A stretch of 64,000 nt of DNA from Candidatus Poribacteria bacterium (lineage in GTDB: Bacteria > Poribacteria > WGA-4E > WGA-3G), in NCBI GenBank assembly GCA_965242965.1, contig OZ251518.1:1280001-1344000 (forward strand), written 5' to 3'. Shown one piece after another: positions 21,539 to 30,640 of the stretch (the first letter of the stretch is position 1; every line of letters starts with the position of its first letter). The notes below the pieces were generated by a model. The model was given only the letters and a program-made list of their open reading frames with translations. It had not been told where the DNA came from and ran no database searches. The translations under genes were made by a program, and so were the position numbers.

Positions 21539-23119
21539 TTGAAATTCAGACCAATAACCAAACTCGCGTTTTTACTGTCGCTTATCGTGCTGGCGGCAGG
21601 ATTTTCCGCCTGCGAGAGAATGCAGCACGTCATGGCACCGGAGGCACCGGAGGCACCGCATCAAATGATAGGTGCAGGGGCTGAGGTTTCCATAGGATTG
21701 GCTGTGCATCTGACAGGTGCTTTCGAGTCAACCAGCGGCCTCGTCATGAAACGAGGTGCAGAATTGGCGTTGGAGGAACTGAACGCTATCCATGAGGGCG
21801 TTGCGACGTTGTCCTTTATCGTTGAAGACAGCGGCAGCACCCCGGAGGGTGGCATCGCCGCTTATACCAAACTGATTAAGGAGCACGGGGTGACGACTAT
21901 CCTCGGTCCGACGACTTCGACGGTTGCCAGTGCGGCGTTTCCGGTTGCGCAAGAAAACAGCGTTGTGGCATTAAGTCCGACTTCCGCTGCGCGTGGCATC
22001 AGCGCGCTCGGCGAATTCCTCTTCCGCAACAGCCTCACCGTTGATAGGCTTATCCCGGGCGGAGTCGCCGAAACGAAGGCGAAATTGGGGTATCAGCGCG
22101 TCGTGACGCTCTATGATAGTGCCGATGTCTTCTCGCAGAGCAGCGATGAAGTCTTGCAAGAGGCACTGCAGGAAAACGGCGTTGAGGTTCTCGCTACCGA
22201 AACCTTTGAATTCGGGGATAGAGATTTCTCAGCGCAGTTGACCCGGATAAAGGCACTCAACCCCGATGCCATCTTCATCTCCGCGCAGACAACGGAGACG
22301 ACAGAGGTGATTATCCAAGCTCGCCAGATGGGCATCCCGATTGAAGTGCCGTTTATCTCCAGTCTCACGCTGACTATCAGCGAGATTGAGCGCGCCGCCG
22401 GTGCCGCCGAGGGGACAATCGCGTTTACGAGTTGGAGTAGCACGGCGGATACCCCCGGCAATCAGGAATTCGTTGCAAACTATCGCGCGAAATATGGTGC
22501 AGAACCGAACGTCTTCGCTGCGCAGTCGTATGCCGCTGTTTACATCTTAGCCAAAGCGATAGCCGATGCACGCATAACCGATGCCGCGGCCATCCAACAG
22601 GCGATGGCGAACATCAAAGATTTTGACACGGTTCTCGGCACATTCTCCTTTGACGAAAACGGGGATGGAGTTTACATGCCGGTGACGCTCATCGTCAAGG
22701 ATGGCAAACTTGTGCCTTTTGAAGCGGAGATGGAAAAACCCCGAGATCATCTCTGGGTAGTCAACCAAGACGGTGTTGAGGTAGGGGTGCCTGGGACGTG
22801 GAAACTCATCTCAAGCACGCATCCGAATTCCGCCTTTACCATCGGCGAGACCTTCACCTTGCCGCCTGCACTGCCGCACAAGGTGATGCAAACGGATAGT
22901 CTCTACACCGATAGTGAGGGGCGGCTATGGACGATGGGATATATCACGCGCGCCGATGACTCGCAGCTCAAGTTCCTGCAGTGGGTTGATATGCGTGTTT
23001 CTCCGGAGCAGTTGCACGTCATTTTCAGAACGGATGCCGAGGGTGTGCCGTTGTTGGAGTATGGCACTGAGCCGTTTGATGCACCGGAACACGACGTGCA
23101 AGTCTGGGAGAAGCAGTAG
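21539..23119 (+). CDS. LivJ/LivK-type ABC substrate-binding lipoprotein with extra C-terminal domain
   Basis: Lipobox FSAC; VEDSGSTP, ILGP..S, DFSAQLTRIK, FDENGD; about 130 extra residues. Confidence 0.85.
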   Translation: MKFRPITKLAFLLSLIVLAAGFSACERMQHVMAPEAPEAPHQMIGAGAEVSIGLAVHLTGAFESTSGLVMKRGAELALEELNAIHEGVATLSFIVEDSGSTPEGGIAAYTKLIKEHGVTTILGPTTSTVASAAFPVAQENSVVALSPTSAARGISALGEFLFRNSLTVDRLIPGGVAETKAKLGYQRVVTLYDSADVFSQSSDEVLQEALQENGVEVLATETFEFGDRDFSAQLTRIKALNPDAIFISAQTTETTEVIIQARQMGIPIEVPFISSLTLTISEIERAAGAAEGTIAFTSWSSTADTPGNQEFVANYRAKYGAEPNVFAAQSYAAVYILAKAIADARITDAAAIQQAMANIKDFDTVLGTFSFDENGDGVYMPVTLIVKDGKLVPFEAEMEKPRDHLWVVNQDGVEVGVPGTWKLISSTHPNSAFTIGETFTLPPALPHKVMQTDSLYTDSEGRLWTMGYITRADDSQLKFLQWVDMRVSPEQLHVIFRTDAEGVPLLEYGTEPFDAPEHDVQVWEKQ

Positions 23120-23151
23120 AAACCTTCCCAAATCTTGTCGCCTATCAATTT

Positions 23152-23274
23152 CGTAGGGCGAGGGCCTGTCCCTCGCCATGCTGCGTGCCATCTTTCCCGT
23201 AGGGCGAGGGCCTGTCCCTCGCCTTGCTAGGCAGGTCCGTCGTTCCCGTAGGGCGAGGGCCTGTCCCTCGCCAT
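23152..23274 (+). repeat. Three direct copies of GTAGGGCGAGGGCCTGTCCCTCGCC
   Basis: Exact 25-bp copies. Confidence 0.9.
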
Positions 23275-23290
23275 GCTTCGGAAAATTATC

Positions 23291-23319
23291 TTGCATTTCA
23301 TGCAAACTTGTGTTAAAAT
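23291..23319 (+). promoter_or_regulatory. Sigma70-like promoter of TIGR04255 cassette
   Basis: TTGCAT-17 nt-TAAAAT with TG. Confidence 0.6.
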
Positions 23320-23378
23320 TAACGTGTGCGTGGTTTATTAACGCGCGCTTTATTTTGATTTCAGATAGGTGAAACATA

Positions 23379-24191
23379 ATGGATACCCTGCAGAGGAAAC
23401 TTAATTTCGCGAGGCCGCCTATAGAGGAGGTGGTGCTGAGTGTGCTTTTCAATCCGCTTGACAGGCTGCTTGCCCCGCACCTTGGCGAAATCTGGCAGGA
23501 ATTTAAGAAGGACGGTTTTGTGCACATCGTAGAGCAGCCGCCGGTTCCTCCCGCGGTGGAAATGCCGGTTTCTGCACAAGAAGCACAGCTGCGTATTGGG
23601 TACGTTCCCGACCTTGCGCGGATTTGCTTTATCCACCAAACCGACACCGAGATTATCCAGGTGCAACGTGACCGGTTTACGTTCAATTGGCGTAAAACCG
23701 AACAGCATCCTGTCTATCCCGGATTCACGGCTATTTGCGAAAAATTTGAAGATTTCTATAACCGTTTTGGCAAAGTCATCAAAAACATGCAAATCGGCGA
23801 AGTGACTCCGTCGCAATACGAGTTAACCCATATCAACCAACTCAGGCACAGGGAAAGTTGGAACACGCTTGATGACATAGGGAAAATTTACACCCTATTT
23901 AGCCATTCTTCCCAAACGCAGTCGTTTTGGTCTGGTATGGAATCCGTGAATTTCCATGCATCATTTCCTGTTGCAGATTTACACGGCCGGTTACACCTTG
24001 CGCTAAGTAATCGGATAAAGTTGCCGGAAGAACTGCAAACGCTGCAAACCGATTTCACCGTGCGTGGTTTCCCGGAAGGGACAGAAGACGCTGTGATTGC
24101 GTGGTTTAAGTCAGCCCGGGACCACATTCGCGAAAAATTCGCTAGTATGTTCACTGATGACATCCAAACGCGGATATGGGGGAGTAAATGA
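23379..24191 (+). CDS. TIGR04255 family protein
   Basis: F.RPPIEEVVLSV.F, IQVQRDRFTFNWRK...YPGF, ELT.IN, C-terminal W....RD.I...F...FT pattern. Confidence 0.8.
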   Translation: MDTLQRKLNFARPPIEEVVLSVLFNPLDRLLAPHLGEIWQEFKKDGFVHIVEQPPVPPAVEMPVSAQEAQLRIGYVPDLARICFIHQTDTEIIQVQRDRFTFNWRKTEQHPVYPGFTAICEKFEDFYNRFGKVIKNMQIGEVTPSQYELTHINQLRHRESWNTLDDIGKIYTLFSHSSQTQSFWSGMESVNFHASFPVADLHGRLHLALSNRIKLPEELQTLQTDFTVRGFPEGTEDAVIAWFKSARDHIREKFASMFTDDIQTRIWGSK

Positions 24192-24952
24192 TGACCGGAA
24201 GCAGTAGGCATCCCTCACTTTTTTGGGATCCTCGTAACCAAGTGGATTCAGCACTCATGAGCCGTTCTGAGGCACAACCATCAACAGTTTATAGCGGAGG
24301 GTTGCAAACTCACGAGAATAACCTTCCAATAGCAGCTGATGTGGAGGTGCGCTACCGGTCCCCAGGAGGGGGCTCACATTTCCTCTTGTCGGCTAATGCG
24401 CGACGATGGTTAGAGGAAATCCGGTCGGAGGCAGAAAAGGCTTATGCTATGGATTCAGCACTCATGAGCCGTTCTGAGGCACAATCATCAACAGCTTATA
24501 GCGGAGGGTTGCAAACTCACAAGTCTGACCTTCCAATGCGGGATAATCTGGGGAGATTCGGTCTGTTTCCAAGAGTTGACTTACATTTCCTTTTGTCGGA
24601 TAATGTGCTGAGACATTTAAAGGAAATCCGGTCGGAGGCAGAAAAGGCTTATGCGTCGGATAGCGAAATCGATCCTATTCGGGATTCGGCGTATGACGAT
24701 GCCTATCTTTTACTGCAGAAACTTCTTCAGCGTAATATCCCTATGCCAGAAATCGGTTGGGCGGCGGATGGCAGCCTCGGATTTGAATGGCGGCCGGGGA
24801 ACGGCATCGCCACGATGGGTATATATGGGGATAGCCTTGTCATCTACGGTGCCTTTTTCGAGGACAAACGCCAAGTCGAAGGTGTCTGCGCGTTATCAGA
24901 TGGGGTAATGTTGTCAGGTTTCTTAGAAACCTTGTTAGCCCTCCTCTTTTAA
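24188..24952 (+). CDS. Hypothetical protein coupled to TIGR04255, with 2x69-aa internal repeat
   Basis: Start overlaps the upstream stop; C-terminal PMPEIGWAADGSLGFEW domain. Confidence 0.75.
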   Translation: MMTGSSRHPSLFWDPRNQVDSALMSRSEAQPSTVYSGGLQTHENNLPIAADVEVRYRSPGGGSHFLLSANARRWLEEIRSEAEKAYAMDSALMSRSEAQSSTAYSGGLQTHKSDLPMRDNLGRFGLFPRVDLHFLLSDNVLRHLKEIRSEAEKAYASDSEIDPIRDSAYDDAYLLLQKLLQRNIPMPEIGWAADGSLGFEWRPGNGIATMGIYGDSLVIYGAFFEDKRQVEGVCALSDGVMLSGFLETLLALLF

Positions 24953-25082
24953 TAACGGTGGAATTGGCGCGAAAATCTCTATCCTCGGTAGGCGCGCTTT
25001 GTAAGCGTGTACGTAACTACAGATGCGCGGTTGAAAACTGCGCCTACCGGGTTCGTTTTGCGTAAATTCTGAAGGAGTTGAT

Positions 25083-25484
25083 ATGAAGGTTTCGCCAGAT
25101 GAGAAAATTACCCGTTTTATCCGTTATGGCAGCCATTTTTCTGTTGTGAATAACACGGTTAGACACGAAGCGTTTCTTCCCCATAAGAAAAGTGTCGATC
25201 TGTCTGTGTTTCGTATCTCGTTCCTTTCTGACAACGAAGAAGTCTGGGCGATTGGACAGGAATATGTCCAACGCGGAGGAGCCCCTATAAAAGCGCGAGC
25301 AGATCTTTCCGTTAGCGATGTTTACGAGAATGGGCTTGAAGTTGTTCCAGACACACAAAATCATGAACTTCATGCCAATATCACGCCTTTTCCTGCAGAA
25401 AATAGCCTTGCTGATAGAAAAATTCGTCGAGCCGTTGCAAGGAGACTTGCTCTTGTTAGTGAATTGGTCCTACCACCCGACTAG
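25083..25484 (+). CDS. Hypothetical protein, possibly ADP-ribosyltransferase-like fold
   Basis: AAGGAG RBS; EKITRFI...AF.P....LSVFR...HANI pattern recalls R/S-x-x strand motifs of small ART/RES-like toxins (fold is inference). Confidence 0.6.
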   Translation: MKVSPDEKITRFIRYGSHFSVVNNTVRHEAFLPHKKSVDLSVFRISFLSDNEEVWAIGQEYVQRGGAPIKARADLSVSDVYENGLEVVPDTQNHELHANITPFPAENSLADRKIRRAVARRLALVSELVLPPD

Positions 25485-25604
25485 ATTTGCTTCTATATCT
25501 GCTCGTTTTTGGCGAGGAGAAGAACCGAGAGTAAGAACAGCTGCCCTAACAAGCCGGGCCGGAAAATTGGAATTGAGATGTTCCGGATAGGCAGAAAATT
25601 CGTT

Positions 25605-25633
25605 TTGCATTTAACGTGGTTCTATGGTAAAAT
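25605..25633 (+). promoter_or_regulatory. Sigma70-like promoter homologous to that at 23291
   Basis: TTGCAT-17 nt-TAAAAT followed by a similar leader. Confidence 0.6.
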
Positions 25634-25693
25634 TGAGGTGTGCGTGATGTAGGAACGCGCGCTTTATTGAAACCGTGGGATAGGTAACCGAAA

Positions 25694-26404
25694 ATGAAAG
25701 CGTTAGAAAACCAATTTGATTTCGTGCCTGCACCCGCTGACGATGTGCTGTTTACAAAGCAGGTGCTACGAGAATTAGAGGACATCCGCGAGGAAGTCAA
25801 AGAAGCTTGCTCATTGGATAGTGGTGCCGCACCGGTTCCAGATGCTGCTTATGAGGAAACCTTGAATTTTCTGCAGCAGATGTCTCGTGGTATCCCTCTG
25901 CCCGACATCATGTGGTTGGAAGATGGCGGTATCGGGTTGGAATGGCGACCGGGGGATGGCATCGCAACGGTAAGTCTTTATGGCGATGGGCTCGTCATCT
26001 ACGGGGCAACGTGGAAAGGTTCACGTAGGATTAGCGGGACTTGTCCACTATCAGATCCCATCCTCTTACCTCATTTCGTGAATGTGTTAAGGGAATTTTT
26101 TCGGCAGGTGGCGGGTGGAGCAGAAGGTGAAAACTTTGAAATCCAAATCACGCTGCCGCTTAAACATGTCCTACCGCAGCACAAAACGAACGCGGCAGAC
26201 AAGGCGAAAGAGGCTTTTGTGCTTGAACTCCTTCGACAAGGTGGAATTAGTGCTGGCAGAGCCGCCTCGCTTCTTAACATTTCCCGATGGACACTTTCGG
26301 ATTTGATGTTTGAAGCTGGCATTTCCCCTTTTGATGATAGCCTTACCCCTGAAGCCTTCGCTGCAGAAGTCGCGGATGCCTTAAAGGATTTCGATGAACC
26401 CTAG
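25694..26404 (+). CDS. Unknown domain (paralog of 24188 C-terminus) fused to UPF0175 antitoxin-like domain
   Basis: N-part PLPDIMWLEDGGIGLEWRPGDG; C-part LELLRQGGISAGRAASLLNISRW...GI typical of UPF0175. Confidence 0.75.
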   Translation: MKALENQFDFVPAPADDVLFTKQVLRELEDIREEVKEACSLDSGAAPVPDAAYEETLNFLQQMSRGIPLPDIMWLEDGGIGLEWRPGDGIATVSLYGDGLVIYGATWKGSRRISGTCPLSDPILLPHFVNVLREFFRQVAGGAEGENFEIQITLPLKHVLPQHKTNAADKAKEAFVLELLRQGGISAGRAASLLNISRWTLSDLMFEAGISPFDDSLTPEAFAAEVADALKDFDEP

Positions 26405-26431
26405 ATGCTAGAATTAGGAGAAAATCACTAA

Positions 26432-29059
26432 ATGCCAAACAGCCCACACGCTCCCAAAACCCAACCCTACAAAACCGCAACGCATCTCCTTGAAACCCTT
26501 ATCGGCGACAAGCTAGCGGATGCCGTTGAAGATACATCTGCGCTTGAAACGTTCCTCAAGACGCTACCTGCCGATGCCCTTGAACGTTACCTCGTTCCGC
26601 AGTGGGTTGTCCTCGCCGCAGGTAAAGGCACTCGCATCGACACGAGCGGCCGGTTAAGCAAGACGCTAGACATCATGTTCGGCGCGCAGAATACGCTCCA
26701 ACTCTCTCGCCGATCTCTCCCCGGCAACCGGCCGCACATCGTCGTCATTAACCCACAGATGGCAGAACGAGAAGATACGCATCTGTTCAAGCCCGATGCA
26801 ATCTTATGCGTTCAATCCGAAATGAACGGCACCGGCGGCGCGCTGCAAGCCGCACTCCCCGAAATTCAGAAATCCGATGCCGAATGGATTGGCGTTTCCT
26901 TCGGCGATGAACCTTTTTTGGAAAAAGCGATTTTTGTCCAAACCTTGCTCTCCCACTTTGTGTCAGGCGCAGATGTCACGCTGTGCGGCAAGATGCCAGA
27001 GACGGTTGTCGATAAAGGCGGACTCTTCTTCGATGCTGATGGCAAACTTGTCTGCACCAAAGAGTGGTATGATATGACAGCGGCGGAAAAGGCGGCGATG
27101 TGGCACCGCTGGGAGCACGGCGAGGCGTATACCAACACCGGCATCACGCTCATTCGGAAATCGGCGTTGTTGGAACGCATCCATCGGTTGCAACCCCACA
27201 AAAATCGGAAAGATGAACTGCATCACGTCGATTTGGTGCGCCTCTGTTATGAGGACGGACTCAAAACAAATGCCTTTATCTATCGCAGCAAGGTGCTGTC
27301 GGGTGTCAACCGCTGGACAAACGTGTTAATGGGTGAAACGAAATTGTTTGAGGAAACCCGGGAGATGTTGGCACAGAGGGGTGTCCGCGTAGACCCGGGC
27401 GCGCAGATTACTTTGGAAAGCGAAGACGTTCACATCGGCACGGGATGTTACCTCCTCGGAAGGGTGCATCTCGGCAAGAACGTTCGGATTGGAAGTTACT
27501 GCCGGCTTGAAAACGTCACTCTCCTCGGCGCGACGAACGTCGGCGATGCAGTCGGGTTGGAGGATGTCTCCGCGCAGGATACGACGTTCACGGCGAATCC
27601 CTTACCGGAACCGCTGAGAGACAACTTTGTATCGCGTCGGTTGCGAGTGCATCGTGCAACGCCGCATGTGACGCTATCGGCACCAATCCGTGGACTCGCC
27701 ACGCCGAGCCCCATTAAAAATTGCACATTTGATGCAGTGGCGGTAGGAAGCGGCGTTTGCCTATCAGCAATTCAGGCGTATGCCACCGTAATCCCGGCTG
27801 ACATCAATATGGCAAATCGGACGCTAGGCGTGCCGCCGCGACAATCGCCACTTGAGGTGCCATCGGCAACTTTCAAGCGAATTATTCCATCGGATTACCG
27901 GCCCGGGGTATTTACTCTGGGTGAAAAGCGAGAACTGCCGGATTGGGAAGCACTGCGGCAGCACGTGCAATCACACAGCGAGATGGAATTGATTCCGCGC
28001 GCAACGCGCAATCAGCATCTGCAACAGGTGACAGGTGAAGCTGTCAAAACCTTGCTGGATATGCAACGAGACGATGGGAGTTATCTGATTGAGGTGCTGA
28101 CCCCGGAGGAGTTATGGGGAAGCATCTTTGAGATGGTGACGCTCCACACCGGCAACCCGAATCCGTATCATGCCGATAAACAGCAGGCGCGACAAACAGC
28201 GATGGATTTGCTCAAACCTGGGGGAATGTCAAGCATGTCACTAAGTGCCGGTGTTTGGCGAAACGATTGGTTAGAACAATTAAAATTAGTCGTCGCTGGA
28301 AATATCATCGATTACAGCAGCGCGCGGGTTGTCGCCAAGTTGAAAGAGAATCCCGACTACTTCTCCGATGCACTACAGGCATCGGTTAAAACGCCTTTTG
28401 CGATTGATTGCTTCGCGCAATTCCGAGAAATGGTTATTGCTGATTCTCCCGCTAGTTTCCTCTCAGGGGAGTTCCGGCAATTCCGCGCAGAAGCTGCCGA
28501 CGGTTCTCCCAAGCAAATCCTCTGGCTCGCCGATAACGATGGCGAAGCAGTCTTTGATATCGCCTTTATTCAAAACCTAGTGGAACTCGGACACCGCGTC
28601 TGTGTTGTCGGCAAAGCCGATAACGCCAGCAACGATGCGACGGTGGCTGATCTTCGTGAAATCGCCAATTATACACAATTTAAGTTATCCATATCAGACT
28701 ATCTTGGGGAAAACAGTTATCCACAATTCCGGAACCTTCAATTGGCTATTAGAGATGGCGTTGTCACCTTCATCTCTTCCGGCTCCAAAACCATCGGCAC
28801 GAATCTCTACCAAGCCACACCTGAATTTGCCAACGCCGTGATGGAGTCAGACCTGGTTATTTCAAAGGGACAAGGCAATTTCTTTACTACCTTTGGCTGG
28901 GCAAAGGATACCTTCTACCTGCTGCTTTCCAAAGGCTTAACTGCCGAGCAAAGCACCGGCGTTGTCGCCGATAAAACGCTGCCTGTTGATGGACTTATTT
29001 TGGCGTATGTGCCGGGAGGCACAGAAGTGGACGCAACGCTACGTGACATCTGTGGATAG
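26432..29059 (+). CDS. GlmU-like nucleotidyltransferase + left-handed beta-helix fused to DUF89/ARMT1-like phosphatase
   Basis: VLAAGKGTR, Q...NGTGGA, hexapeptide region; AGNIID, DNDGE, NDAT, DLVISKGQGNF. Confidence 0.8.
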   Translation: MPNSPHAPKTQPYKTATHLLETLIGDKLADAVEDTSALETFLKTLPADALERYLVPQWVVLAAGKGTRIDTSGRLSKTLDIMFGAQNTLQLSRRSLPGNRPHIVVINPQMAEREDTHLFKPDAILCVQSEMNGTGGALQAALPEIQKSDAEWIGVSFGDEPFLEKAIFVQTLLSHFVSGADVTLCGKMPETVVDKGGLFFDADGKLVCTKEWYDMTAAEKAAMWHRWEHGEAYTNTGITLIRKSALLERIHRLQPHKNRKDELHHVDLVRLCYEDGLKTNAFIYRSKVLSGVNRWTNVLMGETKLFEETREMLAQRGVRVDPGAQITLESEDVHIGTGCYLLGRVHLGKNVRIGSYCRLENVTLLGATNVGDAVGLEDVSAQDTTFTANPLPEPLRDNFVSRRLRVHRATPHVTLSAPIRGLATPSPIKNCTFDAVAVGSGVCLSAIQAYATVIPADINMANRTLGVPPRQSPLEVPSATFKRIIPSDYRPGVFTLGEKRELPDWEALRQHVQSHSEMELIPRATRNQHLQQVTGEAVKTLLDMQRDDGSYLIEVLTPEELWGSIFEMVTLHTGNPNPYHADKQQARQTAMDLLKPGGMSSMSLSAGVWRNDWLEQLKLVVAGNIIDYSSARVVAKLKENPDYFSDALQASVKTPFAIDCFAQFREMVIADSPASFLSGEFRQFRAEAADGSPKQILWLADNDGEAVFDIAFIQNLVELGHRVCVVGKADNASNDATVADLREIANYTQFKLSISDYLGENSYPQFRNLQLAIRDGVVTFISSGSKTIGTNLYQATPEFANAVMESDLVISKGQGNFFTTFGWAKDTFYLLLSKGLTAEQSTGVVADKTLPVDGLILAYVPGGTEVDATLRDICG

Positions 29060-30391
29060 ATGGGAAATCGTGAATTCGCGTTTGCCCGATGAAGGAAGAG
29101 GGATATCCGCCACAAATTCTACGTTCACGGTAACCTCCGCACCGAGTGCCTCCCGAATTTTCTGGATGATGTGATGGCGCGTCGCCTCCCGCCACTGCGT
29201 GTTCACTACGAGTTTCAAGGTGCAACGTTCCAACGTTTCCTGAATTAGCTGGAATTGACTGACACCGGTGAGGGAATAGAATTGCTGTGTGAAATAGCCG
29301 CCATGTATCAACGCGCCGCTTTTCGTCCGGAAGGTAGCGGTGGAGCGGCCGAGCAGTTCACCCAAAATCGGCAGTTGATTGCCGCACGGACAGACTTCAT
29401 CCGAGAGGCGGCCGATGTCCCCGATGCAATAGCGGATAAACGGCATCGCGTAGTTGTTCAGCTGCGTCACCAAGAGCTCACCCGGTTCTGTCAACGGGTT
29501 TGGGCTATCCACCTCAACGCAAATATCTCGGCAGTTGATATGCATGCGTCCTTCAGTGCATTCCATTGCTATTAAACCGACTTCTCTGCTACCATAGCGG
29601 TTGTAAACTTTCGTCTGGAAAACCGTTTCGGCGAGGGTGCGGTAATGCGGATGCAGCATCTCCGCCGAAGAGATAATCCCCTTGAGGTTTGATGTCCATT
29701 TTACCGGAGCACGAGTGCCTGTCCCTTGCGCTCTGATGAACTTGGCAAACTGATAAAGCGACGAGGGATAGGCGAGAATCGTCTGTGGCTGCAACCGCCG
29801 CATTTTCTCATAAGTTTCGCGCATCGCCGATGCGGTGAGATGGAAGCCGTTGAGCCAGTGCTGATTCCGCCAAAAGGCGTTGAATCGGCGAGACAGGCGA
29901 GTGCCTCCGGTATCCCGAAGGGCACCCCAAAGAATCAGTTGCGGCTCGCCGAAGTCCCAACCTGTCCACCTGTCGAAGTAGTAGACGCTGAGGTTCCGCC
30001 GATTCCAATAGTCTCTATCCTGATAGAACGTCAGCGGCGTTCCGGTTGAGCCGCCGGTGGCATTTTTTATCCGCTCGTTTGGAGAAAACGCTTCCGAACA
30101 GAGGCGTTCGCGCTGCTCTCGGATAGTCTCTTTTTCGAGAAGCGGAATATCGGACAACGCGAGGGATTCTGACTTGAGCAATTCGCGATAATACGGCGAT
30201 GTTTCGCGTGCATGCCGAAGCAGTTTTTCCAAACGTTCTGCCTGATAAGCGAGGATAGTTTCGCGCGGCGCGTCCAGCAGCGCAGTTGTCTCCCACAACT
30301 GTCGTCGAAAGCGAACCCCTTTGCGGTAGGTATTATAGGCTCGCCACGCGGCTTTTGAAAAGAGTGTCTTGGCAGAACAGCGAATTGACAT
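29039..30391 (-). CDS. Phenylacetate-CoA ligase-like / CapK family adenylate-forming protein
   Basis: TGGSTGTP, YGSREVG, MPFIRY.IGD, SGKR. Confidence 0.85.
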   Translation of the reverse strand: MSIRCSAKTLFSKAAWRAYNTYRKGVRFRRQLWETTALLDAPRETILAYQAERLEKLLRHARETSPYYRELLKSESLALSDIPLLEKETIREQRERLCSEAFSPNERIKNATGGSTGTPLTFYQDRDYWNRRNLSVYYFDRWTGWDFGEPQLILWGALRDTGGTRLSRRFNAFWRNQHWLNGFHLTASAMRETYEKMRRLQPQTILAYPSSLYQFAKFIRAQGTGTRAPVKWTSNLKGIISSAEMLHPHYRTLAETVFQTKVYNRYGSREVGLIAMECTEGRMHINCRDICVEVDSPNPLTEPGELLVTQLNNYAMPFIRYCIGDIGRLSDEVCPCGNQLPILGELLGRSTATFRTKSGALIHGGYFTQQFYSLTGVSQFQLIQETLERCTLKLVVNTQWREATRHHIIQKIREALGAEVTVNVEFVADIPLPSSGKREFTISHLSTDVT

Positions 30392-30524
30392 AATTGCTAC
30401 AAGGAAAAGAAAAATAGTCCCAGGAATGTAGTCATCGCCAACGGCGATGACGGATTACGCAGAGGAACGTCATCGGACAACTAACCCTTAATGCACGCAT
30501 TGCGAACAACGAAAAAACGGAAAT

Positions 30525-30553
30525 TTGACATGCAATTGCGGATATGTTATCAT
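30525..30553 (+). promoter_or_regulatory. Sigma70-like promoter
   Basis: TTGACA-17 nt-TATCAT. Confidence 0.6.
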
Positions 30554-30554
30554 T

Positions 30555-30640
30555 TTTATTGTTGCATAGCAAATTCAAGTTTATTGTTGCATAGCAAATT
30601 CAAGCAGGATTTGCAGGATTTTCGGGATTTGCAGGATTAG
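30555..30640 (+). repeat. Exact 25-bp tandem duplication followed by (CAGGATTTG)n 9-mers
   Basis: TTTATTGTTGCATAGCAAATTCAAG at 30555 and 30580; the 9-mer is the reverse complement of the 19061 repeat. Confidence 0.8.
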
